NCBI RefSeq assembly: GCF_018350175.1
Contig: NC_058369.1
Span: 12,092,001-12,156,000, forward strand
Direction of reading: 5' to 3'
DNA length: 64,000 bases
Source of the DNA: Felis catus
Taxonomy: Eukaryota
Positions 50,591-62,459 of the stretch are shown here, piece by piece. Numbering within the stretch: position 1 is the first letter of the stretch; each line of letters starts with the position of its first letter. The notes below the pieces were generated by a model. That model ran no database searches, had not been told where the DNA came from, and saw only the letters and a list, made by a program, of their open reading frames with translations. The position numbers were made by a program, and so were the translations under genes.

Positions 50591-51300
50591 GGGAGCCCCC
50601 GGGTGGCTCAGTCAGTTGCGTGCCCAGCTCTTGATTTCAGCTCAGGTGGCGATCCCAGGGTCGTGGGATCGAGCCCCTCGTCGGGGCTCAAGATTCTCTT
50701 TCTCTTTCTCTCTCTCCCTCTGCCCCTCTCCCCCACTTATTAAATAAATAAAATAAAATAAAGCCTCTTAAAAAAAAAAAGACACAAATGACCAATATCA
50801 GGAAGGAAAGAAGTGACCCATGACAGATCTTACACATATTAAAACGATCACAATCGGGGCGCCTGGGTGGCTCAGTCGGTCGAGCGTCCGGACTTCAGCT
50901 CAGGTCATGATCTCACGGTTCACGAGTCCGAGCCCTGCATCAGCATCTCTGCTGTCAACGTAGAGGCCGCTTCGGATCCTCTGTCCCCCGCCCCCCCCCC
51001 ACCTCTGCCCCTCCCCTGCTCACGTGCCCGCTCTCTCGCAAAAAGAAATAAACATTCAAAAAAAATGTTTTTTTAGAGGATCACAAGGGCACATTATAAA
51101 CAATTCGATGCCAATCAACTCAGTGGCTCAGATGACACAAATTCCTTGAAAGGTACCAATTCCCGAAGCTCACCCAAGAACTAGATCATCACCGGGAGAA
51201 CCATACTATGAAAGAAATGGATGGTGTGGTGGAAACCCTTCCCGCAAGGAAAACTCCAGGTCTGGAGAGCATCACTGGTAAATTTCCCCAAACATTTCAG
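50591..51300 (+). mobile_element. L1 ORF2 relic with two Can-SINEs (50591-50780, 50856-51066)
   Basis: caaatgaccaatatcagga, caaattccttgaaag, gaaaactccagg...tcactggtaaatttccccaaacattt; two SINE heads. Confidence 0.78.
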
Positions 51301-53179
51301 GGAGGGAGGAAGGCCAGCTCTGCACAAATGCTTTGGTGCAGCTTGAGCGGGAGACAAGGCTCCCCGACTCCTTCCCCACGGGGGGTGGGGGGTGCAGGGT
51401 GCGCTGGGGACTCCCTTACGTGCCGCTGTTCAGCAGAGCGCTGGGCCCCCCCCCTTTCCCGCCCCCCCCCAAAGAGATCCTGTTCCAGGGGGATGTTTTC
51501 CTCTGCCGTTAGTGCAGATCCCCGCCGGGGCTCGGGGAAATGAAAGAAACGCTTGCTCTCCAGAAATCCGATCCAGACCTGCCAGTCCCCCTGAACGGCG
51601 CCTTTGTACCCTGAGTGTTGCCACAATTAGTGCCGACTCTGGCCGGCGCTCTGAGGCCCCTTTCAGGACTTACTGTTTTCCTCCATCATCTATTTTTAAC
51701 TGGCCAAAGGGGACTTGTTATGGGCCGGGAGCGCGCGGTGAAAGGGGGCGGGGGGGCGTCTGCCAGGCCGAGGGATGTGGCGGGCCAGCCGGGGAGCTCC
51801 ACGTGGGGCGCTGCCCTCCAGCCTGGGCCACCGCGAATGGAGGCGCCTGGTCGCCACTCCCGGCCTCAGTTTCCTCATCTGTCAATGGGGGCATCCCGCC
51901 AGGGGCTTCAATTCAATAGTAGCACCAGGGCCAAATTCCATCCATCCATTGGGGGGGTCTCGCTCCGTCTGTCTCCGTGTCTCTGCCTCTGCCTGTCTCT
52001 CTCTGGCTCTCTCTCCATCTCTGGCTCTCTCGCCTTCTTTCCATCTTTCTCTCTCGCCCTCTCACTCTCTCGCTCTCGGGCTCTCCCCTGCTCTCGCTCA
52101 CTCTGACCACCCCGTCCGTGGGACGCGGGACATTTCTGCTCAGCTCTGCCTGAGCAGGGAACCACTCTCTCCTCCGAAAACAGAGATGGCCAGTTCTGCC
52201 GCCACGTTTTCTTTAATCGGAGGAAACATCACGGACGGACGGGTGGACCAATCGTTCCCATATCACCTCCCCAGAGCGCCCCGTGTGTGCTCGTCCCCGG
52301 GTGCCACTTATCAGCAGAGCAAGCTGACTTCTCTCTGTGATTCAAGTTTCTTAATTAAACAAATGGATACCCAGGCCCCTCTGGGAAGAGAATTCCCGTT
52401 CTTACCGAGAAGTCCTGGGGGATGGTGAGCTCCTGAAGGGTTGGGCTCCACTTGGAACCACCCTCGCGCAGCAGACCCTCCTGCTAATGCTTCTCCACGT
52501 TGGGGGCAAGCCCAGAGGGGAAACTGAGGCTCAGAGAGGTGAAGTCCCTCCCCCCGCCCAATAAGGGTGTTTGCCTGGCTCCAGGAGCCAGGCTCTTGAC
52601 TAAAGTATCTCCTGATTATTGAGGTTCAAGCTCTTTTGTGATCAACACTTAGTCCTGCAAGCTGGGTCTGGGCGGGGGGGGGCGCGGGCAGGCCCCCGGC
52701 TGGGGGTGGGGAGTCACAGCCCATGAGGCTGCCTCGGAGGGGGCAATGCCATCGGAGGAGCAGCCCTAACCCTGATCCTTCCCTAGTAACCCCACTCCAG
52801 GCAGGGGCTGGCCCCCTGGGGGCTCTCCCATGGGCCCACCCCCCCAGCTGTGACCTGAGAACCTTTGGCCTATAGATGGTATGTCCCTGAAGGGACCCCC
52901 CTGGGCTCAGGGGTCACACAGGCTGGCATTGGAATCCCAGCTGGCCACGCTGAGTCCCTGGGCAAGCTCCCTGACCTCATGGCCTCAGCTCCCACTTGTG
53001 TAACAAAAGGCCAATGGTTCCTGCTCCCCGAGATCCAGTGGGGCCTGACATCTGAGAAACAGCAGCCACAGCTCCTGCAGAAGCTGTCCAATGAAAGGTC
53101 CCCGTCTCAACCGTTTCTGGACTCTGGCCATAGACTTGATAACACTGCATGTTTCCTCCCAGACGTGCCCTGCCCGATT

Positions 53180-53655
53180 TTGTTAAACGGTGGAAAAATA
53201 TACATAACATGACATTTACCATGTTAACCATTTTATTTTTTTATTATTATTTTTTAAATCTTTATTTTTGAAAGACAGAGACAGAGCATGAGCGGGGGAG
53301 GGGCAGAGAGAAAGGGAGACACAGAATCCGAAGCAGGCTCCAGGCTCTGAGCCATCAGCACAGAGCCCGACGCGGGGCTCGAACTCACAAACCGCGAGAT
53401 CATGACCAGAGCCAAAGTCAGACGCTTAACCGACTGAGCCACCCAGGCTCCCCAGAATCATATTCGGTCTTAAAAAGGAAAGAAACTTTTTTTTTTAATG
53501 TTTATTTATTTTTGAGAGACAGAGACAGAGCATGAGCGGGGGAGGGGCAGAGAGAAAGGGAGACACAGAATCCGAAGCAGGCTCCAGGCTCTGAGCCATC
53601 ACCCCAGAGGACACCTCGTCCCCATGAGCACTCACCACCCCTCCCCCCGCCCCGA

Positions 53656-53690
<35 letters not shown>

Positions 53691-54030
53691 TCTGGATTTT
53701 CCTGTTCTGGACATTTCTTATAAAAGGGATCATACACTACGTGGCCTCGTGTCTGGCTTTCACTCAGCACGACGTTTTCAAGACTCATCCCCATCGTAGT
53801 GCACGTCAGAGGTCCATTCCTTTTTACGACTGAGTAATATTCCACCGGGTGGGCGGGCCACATGGTGTTTATCCCCGCATCCGCTGTCGGACATTTGGGT
53901 TGTTTCTACCTTTTGGCGATGGTGAGCAGAGTTGCTGTGAACCTGTGTCGTGTTTTCATTTCTAGGGGGAAGATCCCCAGGAGTGGACTACCTGTGTCAT
54001 ATGATAACTCTACATTTTACCCTTTCGAGG
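53180..54030 (-). mobile_element. L1MB-like 3' end with an antisense SINE (53235-53453) and a rearranged insert (53454-53601)
   Basis: aaatatacataacatgacatttaccatgttaaccatttt ... catcacccc...ggattttcctgttctggacattt...ggacatttgggttgtttctacctttt. Confidence 0.85.
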
Positions 54031-54284
54031 AATCCAGAATTAAGCCAGAATTCTCCGTGCCCCTGTGGACCCACCTGCTGTGTGCGGAACCCTCGCAGCT
54101 GCCTGCCCGGAAAGGCCCTCACACTTGCCAATTTCTCTCAGCCCGGGGCTCCCTCATCGGTGCATCGACCGCAATGACAATTTAAGGAGGTGACACAGGA
54201 AAAGCCCAGCAGGGACCTCAAGCAAAGTGGCCGCTCTGCCGTCCCCCTACTCTCCCCAACTTTTCTGTCATCGCCTCAGTGTGA

Positions 54285-54445
54285 GGTTCCCAGATAAAAC
54301 CCAGGACGCAGATAAACAATAGATCATTTTTTAGTATATCTCATTCCATGCAAAATTTGGGATATACTTGCACTTAAAAAAATGGTGTTTATCTGAAACC
54401 CGAATCCCGCCGGGCATCCTGTATCTCGTCTGCTAAGTCTGGTGG
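54285..54445. mobile_element. MER53-like palindromic hAT MITE; a half copy lies at ~55515-55610
   Basis: Inverted repeat CAGATAAACA (54309-54318) / TGTTTATCTG (54386-54395); caggacgc / gcatcctg. Confidence 0.75.
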
Positions 54446-55190
54446 CCGGCCTTCGTGACAATTGCTTCTCACAGCCAGAGAGAAATCCCCGGAATCACAG
54501 CCAAGCAGAAATCGGAGGCAACTCCGGGGGCATTTTGGGCCCCAAGCATCCAATCCTCCTGGCTCGAGTCAGGGCACCCCCACTGGGACCTGAACTCACA
54601 TCTGAGACGTCTCCAGTTCTCCGCGGGTTCCTGGAGAGAGGTCTGGTGACAAAGACTTTGTTGAGACCCTGGGAAATCTTTGAAGGTCTGTTTCGGTCAG
54701 ATGACAAACGATCTAAATTTGTCCCCAACCCCAGGCGCGCCGGAAGGCCAGTGAGCAAAGGGTGAGCGTACAGGGTAGTCCCGTGAAAAGACACCTCACC
54801 GAGGCCTGCCTCCCGGGGCACCGAGGTCTGATTCACGCTTCCTCGTATTCAAACGCAGCCCGCCAGGGCCGGAAGCATCTCTGTGAGGGGCAGGTCGGCC
54901 TGGACAGGCAACTTTTCCCCTCGATCTTTCCCAGAACCCGGGCCCGGGCCCTGCACAGGCATGAAGCCTGGGAGACGTCGGTCACCGCCACGTAGAGAAA
55001 CCTCTCCTGTCACTGTCCAGCCCAGGACATGGCTGGGAGGGAAGGCCACCTTGTCCAGGGCCCGACTGACGCATCAGAGAGAAGAGACCCAGAGCCCTGG
55101 TACACTGAGTCCACAGAAATGTCTTCGTGTCTTTTAAATAAGGAAAAAGAGGAAAAAGAACTCCGAGGGCAGAAAAAAGACTTCTGTTTT

Positions 55191-55409
55191 GGGGCGTCTG
55201 GGTGGCTCGGTCGGTTGGGCATCTGACTTTGGCTCAGGTCATGATCTCGTGGTTCGTGGGTTCGAGCCCCATATCAGGCTCTGTGCTGACAGCTCAGAGC
55301 CCGGAGCCTGCTTCGGATTCTGTGTCCCCCTCTCTCTCTGCCCCCCCACTCCTTGCTTGTGTTCTCTCTCTCTCTCTCAAAAATAAGTAAATAAACGTTA
55401 AAAAAAAAA
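55191..55409 (+). mobile_element. Can-SINE (SINEC_Fc-like)
   Basis: Full-length sense copy. Confidence 0.93.
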
Positions 55410-56373
55410 TCACTTCTATTTTTCTTACCTCGGGAGAGAAAAATGAAATAAGGAAGGCCTACAAAACTCCATGAAATGATTTTAACATTTTCTTTTTTAA
55501 TGGAGAGGGGATGCCGTATTGGGGACATATTTATGCTAGAAAATGTAGTGTAACTGAAGTTCAAATGAAACTGAACATCCTAGGTTTTGTTTGCTAAATC
55601 TGGCCAAACCTGGTTGTTCTGTGACAGTTGCTCGTCACAGCCAGGCAGAGACCTAACCCAGAAGCAAATGTGCCTCGGGCCCCGCGAAGTCATATGGCAG
55701 ACCAGGGAGGTGTCAAAAGCCTCCTCAGCCACCGATGCACCAGCATATGGCAGAAGGTTGGGAGGGACGCAGGAGCACGCATCAGGCACGTACCCGTTCC
55801 CCCGCTAACAAAACTGAGGCTCGGGAGCCCGAAGCAAACCGACCAAGCTCCAGGCCGCGGCTTTCTTAAAAAACCCTTTTCTCGGACAGTGGTTTTGTAC
55901 CTTCTTGATGTCCTGAGCCCCCGTGTGAAGGCGGCTGCAGACACATTAGGGTGGACAAACGTGCCAGCGACCTGCCTTCGCTTTCGGGGGGAGGTCCGCG
56001 GGCCCTCCGAGGCTCGTACGAGACCGCGTCAGGAACAGAGCCTTCAAAGTGAGTCCAACTCCTGGCTCCGCTGGGGGTGAGCAGTGCTATTCCCCCTGCT
56101 TCAATGTGAAGCGGGTCCCAGGGACCGAGGAGGCTCCACGGGGGCCCTGGCACCTAGATCTTCAATCTATGTTATTCGTCTCTGCCCCCCCCCCACGCCC
56201 CCCTCCCCCCCCCCCCACTGGGCTGGCCATGGTAAACTCCAGAACTCCTGGGGGGCGGGGGGGCAAACTCCCTCTTACTACACGTATTTTCAAAAACTGC
56301 CCTTTTGGTGGAAAAGGCTTTACATCTTAAGAAAAACCTGATTGTTAGACTCAGGTCTGCAATAAACGTGTGG

Positions 56374-56549
56374 CTATTTTTAAGTGCCTGGGGACGCAGG
56401 CCGATGGCCCCGTGAAAAGAAAAAGCGGTTTGTCTTCTCCCGCCAGGTCCAGAGTGGCCCCAGTGACGTGGGGTGGAGGGTGAGGGGTACGAGCCGCCGT
56501 GGGCCTGCCGGGAGCGCAGGAAGCTTCCTAGAATATTCCAGAACCTTCA
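56374..56549. promoter_or_regulatory. Candidate enhancer: MEF2, CRE/UPRE-type site, GAS/BCL6, four-unit heat shock element
   Basis: CTATTTTTAA 56374, TGACGTGG 56464, TTCCTAGAA 56525, aGAAtaTTCcaGAAccTTCa 56530-56549. Confidence 0.55.
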
Positions 56550-57476
56550 TCCTTAGGTGGTCAGAAATCATACAGCCGGGGCTGTGCCTCAAAGTTCCAG
56601 CTCCGTGAGCAGTGGGTTTTCTGTTTTGTTTGTTGTTTTTTTTTTTTTTCTCAAATCACATTTTTTTCTCCTCTTCCTTTTTTTTTTTTTTTTTTTTTTC
56701 TCAAATCACATTTGTTTTTCCACAATCGAAAGCACTCACACAAATCTCACCCTGGCTTTCAAACACACTGTTCTGACCAAGACATGTAAACAACCGCTCC
56801 CCCCCCCGCCCCCCCCCCCACCAACCCCACCGCAGCTGGGTGTTTGGGTGACACTGGAAAATCTTCTGGACAGGGGGGAAAAAAAATAGGGAGTTTTCCA
56901 AAATTCCACTCGGGACTTACGTAACACGGGGTTTATGCAACCGGCCCCTGGAAACAGCTCCAGCGGCCTCCTCCGGCTGCCGAGGCTCGGAGGGCGGAGG
57001 CCGTCCTGGCAGCAGAAGACCCAAGAAGGGAAAGTGGGGCTCTGGCGGGGATCCCTGACTCCTCCACGAAAGTGATAAGGGGAATGCGGACGGCCGCTGG
57101 GAGGCCAAGTGCATGTTTGAAATAACGTTGGCAAGGCCGACTTCTCGTCAACCGCCACGGATCCTCTGTGGAAGCGACTCCATCCATCACCACCGGCCGC
57201 GGAGACCCAGGCCCATCTGGTGGACGCCCGAGGGGAGCCGGGATTTTTTAGCCCCTTTTTCTCAGCGTCCCCTTAAACGTCCCTGGGGGTTCCGCCCGGC
57301 CCCAGACAGCCTTCCTAGTTTGCACGAGAGCAAACTCAACCAAGGCGCAGAGAAGGGAGGCGGCTCGTCCCGGGAAAGCAGCACCCAGACGAAGCAGGCA
57401 GCGCTGGAACCTAACACGCGGCCTGCCCGACACGCCATCAGCCTTTTCAGTATTTTCCTTAAAGAGCACCTGCTCC

Positions 57477-57681
57477 CGGGGCGCCTGGCGGGGGGACTCA
57501 GCCGGCTGAGCGTCCCACGTCGGCTCAGGCCGTGATCGCACGGTTCGTGAGTTCGAGCCCCGCGTCGGGCTCTGTGCTGACAGCTCAGAGCCCGCTTCGG
57601 ATCCTCTGTCCCCCGTTCTCTCTGCCCCTCCCCCGATCACGAGTGCGCTCTCTTAAAAATAAACACTAAAAAAAAAAAAAA
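57477..57681 (+). mobile_element. Can-SINE, CpG-rich
   Basis: Head ggggcgcctgg, B-box gagttcgagccc and tail. Confidence 0.9.
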
Positions 57682-57829
57682 GAAGAAGAAGACGATGACC
57701 ACGACGACCACTCCCTCCTCCACCCTGGGGTGATCTTTGGGATCAGGACCTGAGAAATTTGAAAAGTGAGGACAACTGTCCCCCAGCTCAGATGTAGAGG
57801 GAATGTCTCAACCGTGTCTCAGGGTCTAC

Positions 57830-58295
57830 TAAGGCCGTGACCCAGCAATCCCACGCCTGAAGAAACAAACCTATATGTCCGCACAAAAAGAAATGTGCTC
57901 CCATTTTCATAATGCCCCCCCCACCACCAAAGGGAAAACAACCCAAGTATCATCGAGAAAGGAACCGGGCTGTATTGATTTAATGGAATACTACACACCA
58001 ACGAAAAAGAAACACCTGTTGCCTGCAGAACGTGGGGGACCCCAGTGGGCATGACGCGGAACCCAGACTCGAAACAGGGTGTAACTGCTGTGATTCCACA
58101 TCAGTGGGGTCGGCAGCGGGCAAAACTCGTCTCTGCCGACAGAGGTCTGGGGTGCGGTTCCCCTCAGTAGCGGAGGGATCCTTCAGGGGCGCTGATGTTC
58201 CCAAGTCTTGATCTGGGTGACAGTCACATCAGCAAAATCCACTGAGCCTATGCCAGATTGGCGCCCTCAGCTGTGGACAAGTTTTACCTTCATTT
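57830..58295 (+). mobile_element. L1ME-like 3' relic
   Basis: gacccagcaatcccac...ggaaaacaacccaag...aatggaatactacac...tcttgatctgggtg. Confidence 0.7.
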
Positions 58296-59414
58296 GAAAA
58301 GATCGAGTGGGCATTTATTGAGCACCTAGTGCATGCGTGAAAGGGCGCTGATGACACGGACCTCGGCCCTCTTTGGCAATACCTTCCATCCACAACCAAT
58401 GCAGGCGCTCAGAGGCCCGCCAGCCACGCAAGCTGGGGAACCCCTGCTCTGCCTGGGAAGACTTGATTCCTGACTTTGGGTGGACAGAGGGGTTCTGCAA
58501 AGCCGTGGTCCTGGTCTTACAGGTGGAGTTGAAATGGAAGGTGGTAGAGAAAGAAGGTTGGAAAGTCTCACCTCTCCCCTGCACGCGATGAGCCACCGTC
58601 AATGGCGGGAGCCGCCGCAGGTGAGTGCTCTGTCTACACAGCGGGCACATACAGTCTCCAGACCGCCCCCCTCCCCCATGCCCTTCTAAGCCCCGCTTGG
58701 AAGATGTGAAAACCGAGGCTCAGTGACTTTTGCCCAAGGCCCCCAGACGGCACAAACATGGAACATGTCTCCCCGAAGAGGCAGACAAGACGCTCAGGAG
58801 CCCCGGGGCTGCCCCCTTGAAGGTCGCCGTGTCCCCACTTCCTGCTGGCTTCCCTGGTGACTCAGTGGCTGCCACGACAAGGTGTGTCTGGGCACTGTCC
58901 GCACACAGGCCGCCTCCCCCCGATGGCCACCACCCTTAGCACACAGCCTCTGGGGGCCCGGGACGCAGCCTCAGATTGCCAGCAACAAAACCCTTTGTGT
59001 CCACAAATCAATAAGCTTAGCAAAAAGCCCTGGCAGTTGGTGGGCCAGCCCTTGGGAAAACCTGTCCAGGTGGCCGCCTTTGGATGTGATGACGACGAAT
59101 GGCCGGTCACCTCCAAGAGTCCTTAAAAGTGAACAGATGCCACCTGTGTGCATGGGGACAGCAGGCTTTCAACACGAACGTGGGGCCTCCAGGCTTGCCT
59201 TGGGGAGGCCCAACCGCCCAGGGCATCGAGGCCCGCAGCCCCGAGGAAGGACAATGGATGTGTATCTTCTCATTGCGATCTGGCTTTATTTGCAAGGATG
59301 GGGCCCTGTATTTCTGATAGGGCACAAGGGACCCCCACCCCCAATTCTACCCATAAGCCATCCAAGAAACCTTTTCATAACTGCCCAGGGCAACGCAAGG
59401 GATAAGATGGGGGC

Positions 59415-59645
59415 CTCTTGGCAGGAGGGACTCTAAGAAACTCCCAAGATTCTGTCTGGTATAATCTTTTAAGTATGGGTGGGACGAGTGAATATGTTGG
59501 GATCGTCACTCCCTAGATTAGGCTGTATCCTGTGGCGGAGGTGATGGGATTTTTTTGAGATGTAATTAAGCTCCCAAATCATTTGATTTTGCGTCCATCA
59601 AAAGGCAGGTTGCCCTGGGCGGGCCCGACATAATCAGGTGAAGGT
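59415..59645 (+). mobile_element. MaLR LTR 5' part (MLT1E/F-like)
   Basis: gtgaatatgttgggatcgtcactccc...gatgtaattaagctcccaaatca...gggcccgacataatcaggtga. Confidence 0.6.
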
Positions 59646-59679
59646 CGAAGTAACTTACGTTCTGTGTTTTTTACCACAT

Positions 59680-59890
59680 TTAAAAAAATTTTTTTTAATT
59701 TATTTTAACTTATTTTATTTTATTTTTGAGAAGGTTGAAAGGGGGCAGAGGGAGATAGAGATAGACTCCCCCACAGGCTCCATGCTCAGCACGGAGCCCC
59801 ACTCGGGGCTCGGTCCCCTGACCCTGAGATCATAACCTGAGCTGAAATCAAGAGTCGGACGCCCAACCGACTGAGGCACCCACGTGCCCC
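59680..59890 (-). mobile_element. Can-SINE
   Basis: Antisense copy ending cgactgaggcacccacgtgcccc. Confidence 0.9.
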
Positions 59891-59929
59891 ACCACAATTT
59901 TTTTTTTAATTAAAAAAAGTTCTTAAACT

Positions 59930-60262
59930 ATATCAGATACTGGAAACCACGTAAGTGCCCATCAGCAGATAAATGTCAAAACAAAACGTGGGGTATCCAT
60001 ACAATGGAATACGAGTCACAAAAGGAATGAAATTCTGACACGTGCTGCAACTTGGATGAACCCTGAGGACATTATGCTGAGTGAGGTCAGACACATACAA
60101 GGACAAACTATGATTCCACTTACCTGAGGAACCTAGGCTAGTCAAATCCATGGAGACCGGAAGTAGGATGCTGGGCACCAGGGGCTGGGGGAGGGGGCTG
60201 GGGAGTTAGCGTTCAGTGGGGACTGAATCTTAGTTTGGGATGATGAACACGTTCTAGAGATG
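59930..60262 (+). mobile_element. L1MB-like 3' end
   Basis: atccatacaatggaata...ggaatgaaattctgacac...gacattatgctgagtga...gttctagagatgg. Confidence 0.82.
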
Positions 60263-60594
60263 GGTGTTGAGGAACCCCAAATTAAACTGAAGCAGTTTGA
60301 TGCAAATGTTTTCTATAAAAGAGGGTCTTGAAGCGGGGACTAGAGGCGGGGAAGAGACCTGATCCCGCGGGTCTGGAGGAAGCTTGTGGCCGAGGGAGGC
60401 TGTGGGGAGGGAGGGGCAGGTGGCCTCTAGGAGCATAGGGCCTCCGTTCTACAGCCCCAAGGAGCTAGGTTCAGCCGGAACCCAGGGAGATTGGAGGAGG
60501 ACCCCGAGCCTCAGATGAGACCCTGGCCTTGGCCGATGCTTCGACTGCAGCCGCGTGGGACCCGCTAGGTTCCTGACCACGGAAATTACGAGAG

Positions 60595-60960
60595 AGTAAA
60601 TCAGCCCAGACTGCTGTCGCCGAGTAACAGCGTCTGGGGGGCTTATAAGTAACAGACACATCTCTCTCACGGTTCTGGAGTCTGAAAGTCTGAGATCAAG
60701 GTGCCAGCCTGGTCAGGTTCTGGTACAAGCCCACTTTCCTGTTGCAGACGGTCGTTATATTGATATATTTCTATGTCCTCATATACCAGAAGGGGTGAGG
60801 GAGGTCTCTGGGGTCCCTTTTATAAAGACACTGATCCCATTCATGAGGGTTCCACCCTCATGACCTAATCACTTCCCCCAAACCCCCCCTCCATAATATC
60901 ACACTGGAGGGTTAGGGTATCAACATATGAATTGGGGGCGGGGGTACATTCAGTCCACAA
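60595..60960 (-). mobile_element. MaLR LTR (MLT1A-like)
   Basis: tctcacggttctggag...gagatcaaggtgccagc...cccattcatgagggttccaccctcatgacctaatcac...acattcagtcca. Confidence 0.82.
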
Positions 60961-61619
60961 AAAATAAGTTTTCTTGTTTTTTATCCACCACAAGAGAAAA
61001 GGAGAAAAGTTTCCCAGGAGGGCCCCTGCATCCTTCAGGACACAGCTCAGCTGGAGGCTCCCTCTGGGTAACTGGAGGGAACAGACAAGGTGGAGGAGTT
61101 TAGGAATTCAGCAGAGCTGGTGCAGTGCCCGGGATGAGCACCGTCCATGAGCTGTGACTACCCCAAGGCAGCAGGGTGAAAGGTGGGGCAGGTACGTTTG
61201 CTGGGGAGGGGAGGGTGGCCTTCCTTAGCAGATGAAGCCACCCATAGCCCCACCCACAGCAGGAGGGACCCCGGAGACCAATTCCCCAGTCACCTTTCTC
61301 CTGCCCTCGGCCCTCTCTCCAAGGCCTCCCACCGGCCAAATGCAACATGGAGTCACGGGGGCCTTAAAGGCCAGCCTCCTGGCCCAAAGCGGGGCGGAGG
61401 AGGGAGAGGACAGAGCCAGCTCGGGCCTCGCTGCCAACCTCCCAGCTCGCTGTGGGACACGGTTCATGGGTTGCCGCAGAGTCTCCCTACCCCCCGGCCT
61501 CGTCTCTCATGACCCCCTCAGGCGCTGGACACCCCACACAGAAAACCTAGGACGTAGTTCCTGACGGAGCCAGGTGCTCGTGAGTCTGGCCGATGCATCT
61601 GCTGCTCCTTCTTGGCCAC

Positions 61620-61760
61620 AGCCAGCAACCCTTTTTCTACGAAGAGGCTGAGAGTAAATATTTTCACCTTTTAGGGCCATACGGTCTCTCAAAATGACTT
61701 CATTCTGCCCTCGTGGTGCAAAGCAGCCACAGACAAAATGCAGACGGACGAGCGTATTCC
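61620..61760. mobile_element. MER58A-like hAT MITE (another end fragment at ~44865-44935)
   Basis: agtaaatatttt...gggccatacggtctct...ctgccctcgtggtgcaaagcagccacagacaa. Confidence 0.75.
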
Positions 61761-62459
61761 CACCCATCGGCCCCTCCAGGAAGTCCTCCTGGTTGTCCCA
61801 TCTGGCTATGGTTCCATTGTCCTAAGTCAAGAGTCGTCACCCCAGGCTTCAAATTATTCCGGGCCAGAGGACCACCCCCCCCCCCGCCCCAACCTCCAGT
61901 GCCCCGGACCGTGCCCAGGACGGCCCCCCACGGAGAACCTGCACACAGCAGATGCTGACAATGGATGCAGATCACACCCACGAGGTTGGCCAAAAACAAC
62001 ACAACACACACAAAAAATAGAAAGGAACAAGTGCTGTACGGAGTACCGGAACGTGCATTTCTGGTGGGAATGTAAGGTGATGCCGTGGCTGAGGACACCG
62101 CTTTGGTGGCCCGTCACGAGCTTAAACGCGGAATCACCACAGGACCCGGCAATTCCACTCCCAAGTACAGACCCAAGATCATCGAAAACAGGTGCGCCAA
62201 CAATCCCGCTCCACGCATGCTCACAGCAGCACCATTCACGACAGCCAAGAAACAGAGAGTCCAGAACGTGCAAATCCATAGAGACAGAAAGCAGAGCAGT
62301 GGGTGTTAGGGGCCAGGGGAGGGGGCTGGGGAGTGAGTGTCCATGGGAACGGGGTTTTCTTTTGGGGGTGATGGGGTGTCTGGAATGGGTGGAGGTGGTG
62401 GTCGAATTACACCGCGGGTTCGCTTCCCGCCCCTGAATCGTACACTTTGGAGAATGGTT

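Noticed and set aside
56640..56715. Direct repeat ttctcaaatcacattt x2 around T-tracts
   Set aside because: Best explained by slippage duplication or a tail-only retroposition; no sign of function.
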